Under the pieces are notes generated by a model that saw only the letters and a program-made list of their open reading frames with translations, ran no database searches and was not told the DNA's origin. DNA of 64,000 nt from an uncultured delta proteobacterium (GTDB lineage: Bacteria; Desulfobacterota; Desulfomonilia; UBA1062): assembly GCA_963798485.1 (NCBI GenBank), contig CAWCTR010000014.1, forward strand, positions 64,001 through 128,000, written 5' to 3'. The first letter of the stretch is position 1. Each line of letters begins with the position of its first letter. Position numbers and translations under genes: made by a program. This document shows positions 59,459-64,000 of this stretch, in pieces.

Positions 59459-59475
59459 TTGGCAATCATTTTGCA
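59459..59475 (+). promoter_or_regulatory. Sigma-54 (-24/-12) promoter
   Basis: TTGGCAATCATTTTGCA = GG-N10-GC, about 80 nt upstream of ATG 59557. Confidence 0.65.
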
Positions 59476-59556
59476 ACAAAAAAATGGACTGTGCAAAGGA
59501 GAAATGAGCTCCTTATAATAAAGGATGCATTTTTATAAAAGCGCGGTCATTTTTAG

Positions 59557-62520
59557 ATGGAGTTCTACATGGGGATTACTAGGTCAAGGAAGACCTGCGG
59601 GTTTTCTTTGCTTATCATACTTTTTTGTTCCGCCTTTTTGTGCTCCGGGAAAGGATATGCCCAGGAGTGGGAATGGCAGAACCCCCTTCCGCAGGGTAAC
59701 AACCTGAATTCCGTCTGGAGCAATTCAAGCAATGATGTCTATGCCGTAGGATACAATGGCACAATCCTGCACTATGACGGCGCCACCTGGAACACCATGT
59801 CCAGCGGAACGAGCAGCGATCTCTGGTGCATCTGGGGCAGCTCTGGCAACGATCTCTTTGCTGTTGGAAATAATGGAACAATCCTTCACTTTAATGGGAG
59901 CACGTGGAGTGCCATGGCCAGCAGTACCACCAGTTACCTCTGGGGTATTTGGGGCTCTTCAAACAGCGATGTCTTTGCTGTTGGATATAATGGAACGATC
60001 CTTCATTATAACGGCACCGAGTGGACCGGCATGAACAGTGGTACAAACACAACGCTGAGAGGGATCTGGGGTGATTCGAGCACTGAAGTCTATGCTGTAG
60101 GATATGATGGTACGATCCTAAGCTACAACGGCACATCATGGAACATCATGAACTCAGGGTCGCATAAAGCCCTGTTAGGGATCTGGGGCAGCTCGAGCAG
60201 CGATGTCTTTGCAGTTGGATACGATGGCACTATGCTTCACTTTGACGGCACATCCTGGGGCATCATGAATGCGGGCACCCGTAAGGACCTTCTCAGTATA
60301 TGGGGAAGTTCCGCAAAGAGCATATATGCCATAGGTGATGCAGGGACGATCCTTCATTTTGATGGCAGCTCCTGGAGCCCGATGATCAATAATGGAACAA
60401 GTAATATCAATGGCGTAGGAGGTGTTTCGGATAAGTGTATTTATGCTGTAGGGGCCGGAGGGATGGTTTTAAGCTATGACGGCAGCGAATGGGCCTCCAT
60501 GACAAACGGCAAAAAGAATAAACTGTTAGCCATCCTGGGAAACTCGAAAACCGACATCCTTGCCGTTGGTGGTGAAGGTACTGTCTTGCATTATACTGGC
60601 AGCATCTGGAATTCCGAAAACATTGGGACAAATAACTCCCTTAACTGCGCCTGGAGCCCAGCAGGAAACGATATCTTTGCCGTGGGAAATAATGGTGCGA
60701 TCATTCACTATAATGATGGTGCCTGGAACGACATGACAAGCGGGACCACCAATATCCTCACGGGGGTATGGGGAACCTCGGGAAATGATGTTTTTGCCGT
60801 AGGGTATAATGGAACAATCCTTCACTATGACGGCAGCAACTGGAGCCCGATAAGCAGCGGAACAACGTCGAATCTCACCCAGGTCTGGGGGACTTCAGGA
60901 ACCAATGTGTTTGCCGTTGGGGAAAGAGGCACGATACTTCACTATGATGGTGCCGCATGGACCAGCACATTCAAAGGTACTCCCAACACGTTATTGGGGA
61001 TCTGGGGCAGTTCGGCAACCGATGTCTTTGCCGTAGGAGAGGCCGGTACGATCCTGCATTATGACGGCACTGCCTGGAGCCCGATGAACAGCAAAATAAC
61101 CTCCCTTCTTAATGGCGTATGGGGCGGCTCGGGAAGCGATGTATTTGCTGTTGGCGAGGAAGGTTCTATCCTCCATTATGACGGTACAGCGTGGAGTATG
61201 ATGAGCAGGGGGACGCGTAACTCTCTCTACAAGATCTGGGGCTGTTCAGCCGATGTGTTTGCCGTAGGTGATGCAGGGACAATTCTGCACTACAATAAAT
61301 CAGAGATTCAAACACCCCCCCCTTCTTTACCACGGGTCTTAGATGTAGCCTCTTCAGCCGTTCTCAAAGATAAAACTGATGCTGTTGCCGGTGTATATAA
61401 AGACGAGTCAATAAGATTGAATACCTCTTCGCAGAATTCCGGAAATGAGGCATCGGGGAACCCTGACGTTCAGAACCATAGCCTCCCTCATCCTGAGATA
61501 AATAAGGAAGAAACTAATGCTGTTGCCGGTGTATTTAAAGACGAGACAACAAGACTGAATACCTCTTCGCAGAATTCCGTAAATAAGGCATCGGGGATCT
61601 CCGACGTTCAGGACCATAGCCTCCCTCATCCTGTAATAAATAAGGATGAAACTAATGCTGTTGCCGGTGTATTTAATAAAGACGAGTCAACAAGACTGAA
61701 TACCTCTTCGCAGAATTACGGAAATGAAGCATCGAGGAACCCTGACGTTCAGAACCATAGCCTCCCTCATCCTGAGATAAATAAGGAAGAAACTAATGCT
61801 GTTGCCGGTGTATTTAAAGACGAGACAACAAGACTGAATACCTCTTCGCAGAATTCCGGAAATGAGGCATCGGGGAACCCTGACGTTCAGAACCATAGCC
61901 TCCCTCATCCTGTAATAAATAAGGAAGAAACTAATGCTGTTGCCGGTGTATATAAAGACGAGTCAACAAGATTGAACACCTCTTTGCAGAATTCCGGAGA
62001 TGAGGCATCGAGGATCTCCGACGTTCAGGACCATAGCCCCTCTCCTCTGGTAACGAACACGGAGATTCCATCAATCACCCCTCAGGTAGAAACTGATGTG
62101 GATATTATATCGTCCCACAGCACCTCTGGTTCACCTTCACTTAAAGATGATGCCGGCAATAACCGGGAGGCCGACATGATAAGCAGCGTGCCGTCTGATG
62201 AAGCAGTATCACGGGATAGAAAACAAAGAACCTCATCCATAAACAAACATGAAGATGGTACGCCCCAACCAACAGTCCGCAATGAGGGTGTTCATTCTGT
62301 CCTCATAAATGCTATAGGTCCTGATCCCGCAGGGCTGAAGGCAAAAAAGGTTCCAAATCCAAAAAGTAGAGAAGCTGAAAGGAAAGAACGTGGTGGAAAC
62401 AGCTTTTTCTCAGCGAATATTTTATATGATCAATTTATCCAGGAGATGTCACTTGTAGTCCTTGCGGCCTTAGTGCTCCTCGGTGTTTTAGGCATCTACC
62501 GAAGGCTTGGGAGTAACTGA
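59557..62520 (+). CDS. Membrane-anchored surface protein: 14 x ~39-aa beta-propeller repeats, tandem-repeat stalk, C-terminal TM
   Basis: Signal peptide, WEWQNPLPQGN, repeats LxxIWGSSxxDVFAVGxxGTILHYDGxxW, 46-aa repeats, terminal LVVLAALVLLGVLGIYRR. Confidence 0.88.
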   Translation: MEFYMGITRSRKTCGFSLLIILFCSAFLCSGKGYAQEWEWQNPLPQGNNLNSVWSNSSNDVYAVGYNGTILHYDGATWNTMSSGTSSDLWCIWGSSGNDLFAVGNNGTILHFNGSTWSAMASSTTSYLWGIWGSSNSDVFAVGYNGTILHYNGTEWTGMNSGTNTTLRGIWGDSSTEVYAVGYDGTILSYNGTSWNIMNSGSHKALLGIWGSSSSDVFAVGYDGTMLHFDGTSWGIMNAGTRKDLLSIWGSSAKSIYAIGDAGTILHFDGSSWSPMINNGTSNINGVGGVSDKCIYAVGAGGMVLSYDGSEWASMTNGKKNKLLAILGNSKTDILAVGGEGTVLHYTGSIWNSENIGTNNSLNCAWSPAGNDIFAVGNNGAIIHYNDGAWNDMTSGTTNILTGVWGTSGNDVFAVGYNGTILHYDGSNWSPISSGTTSNLTQVWGTSGTNVFAVGERGTILHYDGAAWTSTFKGTPNTLLGIWGSSATDVFAVGEAGTILHYDGTAWSPMNSKITSLLNGVWGGSGSDVFAVGEEGSILHYDGTAWSMMSRGTRNSLYKIWGCSADVFAVGDAGTILHYNKSEIQTPPPSLPRVLDVASSAVLKDKTDAVAGVYKDESIRLNTSSQNSGNEASGNPDVQNHSLPHPEINKEETNAVAGVFKDETTRLNTSSQNSVNKASGISDVQDHSLPHPVINKDETNAVAGVFNKDESTRLNTSSQNYGNEASRNPDVQNHSLPHPEINKEETNAVAGVFKDETTRLNTSSQNSGNEASGNPDVQNHSLPHPVINKEETNAVAGVYKDESTRLNTSLQNSGDEASRISDVQDHSPSPLVTNTEIPSITPQVETDVDIISSHSTSGSPSLKDDAGNNREADMISSVPSDEAVSRDRKQRTSSINKHEDGTPQPTVRNEGVHSVLINAIGPDPAGLKAKKVPNPKSREAERKERGGNSFFSANILYDQFIQEMSLVVLAALVLLGVLGIYRRLGSN
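61371..62055 (+). repeat. Intragenic tandem repeat, ~4.8 copies of 138 bp (one copy 141 bp)
   Basis: GCTGTTGCCGGTGTA recurs at 61381, 61519, 61657, 61798 and 61936. Confidence 0.95.
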
Positions 62521-62633
62521 GTCGCTGTAAGGAAATAGTTGTACGTCTGAAAGCGTCCCTGAAATAAATGTCTCATATATTATTCCTTACACCTTGTACC
62601 CTATGAACCATTCATGTACATATTCAAGAATAT

Positions 62634-64000
62634 ATGACCCAGATCAAAATACTTTCTCAGGACCTCATTAACCAGATCGCTGCGGGCGAGGTCATTGAAC
62701 GGCCGGCATCCGTGGTGAAGGAATTAGTGGAGAATGCTATTGATGCCGGGGCTAAGGGCATATCCGTGGAGATGGAGGGCAATGGCCTGGAGCTCATCCG
62801 GGTTTCGGATGATGGCAACGGGATGGACGAGGAAGGGCTGGAGCTTGCCATGAAGCGTCATGCCACGAGCAAGATCAGCACGGTGGACGATCTCTTCGCA
62901 ATCCGAACGCTCGGCTTCAGGGGAGAAGCCCTGCCGAGTATCCTGTCTGTGAGCAGGTCTGTAATATCCACAAGAATGCATTCATCACCCTATGGATATT
63001 CTGTTGAGATGGAAGCAGGTTCCATTACCAGGCGCACCAAGAAAGGTATTCCCCCAGGGACCATCGTGGAGGTGGCTGACCTTTTCTTCAATACCCCTGC
63101 ACGCAGGAAGTTCCTTAAGACAGCGGCCACGGAGCAGAGAAACGTCATCGATGTGGTCTCGCGCTATGCACTGGCCTACCCGCTTATACGTTTTGTCCTC
63201 GAGATCAATAACAGGGCAGTCCTGAGCCTCCCTGCCCAGTCAAGCCTGCAGGACCGTGCATCGAATATACTCGGCACCAAGCTCTCAGCAAGCCTCATCC
63301 CGTTTAGGCGGGAACTCCCCGGTATTACCATACATGGGCTTATGGCTATGCCTAATGAGACGCGTCAGAACCGCTCCGGTATCCATGCGTATGTGAACAA
63401 CCGTTCTGTCAGGGATGTACTGCTGAGTTCTGCTGTTATTGAAGGTTACAGCGGCATGCTCATGAAGGGTAGATACCCCATAGCAGTGCTCTTTATTGAG
63501 GTGGACCCGGCTGAGGTGGATGTGAACGTACACCCTGCAAAGGCGGAGGTGAGGTTCATGCATGCCTCTGCTGTGTTCGGTATAGTGGCAAAAACCATGA
63601 AGGAGACGCTGGTGCCCAGAAGGATGGACGATGCAGATTATACTGAGATTACCACGCCGCCTCCGGCTGCTCGTAATAACAAAACATTGTATACATCCTC
63701 TGAGGTACGTGAAGGTATGTCGGTTGTGTATGGCCCCAAAGCGCTGGCCCGGATGGAGGCAGGCAGCCTCTTTAACGAACCTTCCCAGCCGGATCGGGCT
63801 GCATTCACCTATTCCGACAAGGCCATTATCGGCATACTGCATGCCACCTATGTCCTGCTCCAGGATGACTCGGCGCTGTATATACTTGACCAGCACGCCG
63901 CCCACGAGCGGATAACCTACGCGCGGCTTATGGCCCTGCACTCAAAAGGCCCTATGAGCACCCAGCTATTGTTGAGCCCCATGATCATGGAGCTAAGCCC
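62634..64000 (+). CDS. mutL: DNA mismatch repair protein MutL (runs off the window end)
   Basis: MTQIKILSQDLINQIAAGEVIERPASVVKELVENAIDAG, HATSK, GFRGEAL, DVNVHPAK, DQHAAHER. Confidence 0.96.
   Translation, partial: MTQIKILSQDLINQIAAGEVIERPASVVKELVENAIDAGAKGISVEMEGNGLELIRVSDDGNGMDEEGLELAMKRHATSKISTVDDLFAIRTLGFRGEALPSILSVSRSVISTRMHSSPYGYSVEMEAGSITRRTKKGIPPGTIVEVADLFFNTPARRKFLKTAATEQRNVIDVVSRYALAYPLIRFVLEINNRAVLSLPAQSSLQDRASNILGTKLSASLIPFRRELPGITIHGLMAMPNETRQNRSGIHAYVNNRSVRDVLLSSAVIEGYSGMLMKGRYPIAVLFIEVDPAEVDVNVHPAKAEVRFMHASAVFGIVAKTMKETLVPRRMDDADYTEITTPPPAARNNKTLYTSSEVREGMSVVYGPKALARMEAGSLFNEPSQPDRAAFTYSDKAIIGILHATYVLLQDDSALYILDQHAAHERITYARLMALHSKGPMSTQLLLSPMIMELS

Noticed and set aside
61371-62055. 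Repeat array considered as a CRISPR
   Set aside because: Whole 138-bp units are repeated without unique spacers, the array is in frame within a CDS, and there are no cas genes

Overview
A 64-kb chromosomal segment, inferred from gene content and order to come from an anaerobic deltaproteobacterium (Desulfobacterota/Syntrophia/Desulfomonilia-like). From left to right it carries: the 5' part of a type II secretion operon (gspC-gspA-gspB-like-gspD-gspE) preceded by murI and a divergent EF-G paralogue; ompA and a nucleotide-sugar dehydrogenase; HIT-lapA-lipA-hom-apgM; two divergent HDOD genes and a small gene with a sigma-28-type promoter; rsmI, a panP-like decarboxylase and a CoA-transferase-GNAT fusion; queA-tgt-yajC-secD-secF; tRNA-Val and tRNA-Asp; tig-clpP-clpX-(lon scar)-hup; and a dCMP deaminase/Dcd-like/thyX operon. 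An accessory lipid/redox block follows: class I HMG-CoA reductase plus a stand-alone DUF2156 aminoacyl-transferase, a two-component system, and AOR-SCP2-ADH-SCP2. After it come an orphan amino-acid binding protein, a selenocysteine-recoded selD with its LysR, Ldh-family/radical SAM/dusB genes, a TetR-linked beta-oxidation cluster with a fadB-like remnant, a hybrid kinase, a sigma-54-type-promoted double beta-propeller surface protein on a tandem-repeat stalk, and the start of mutL. The best candidates for an undescribed system are the HMGR-DUF2156 operon and the adjacent AOR/ADH/SCP2 operon. Features the ORF track misses include the UGA-recoded selD N-terminus with a SECIS, three deletion scars (lon, amino-acid ABC ATPase, fadB), sigma-28-type promoters and apparently leaderless genes. 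All assignments come from manual motif reading; no database searches were run.
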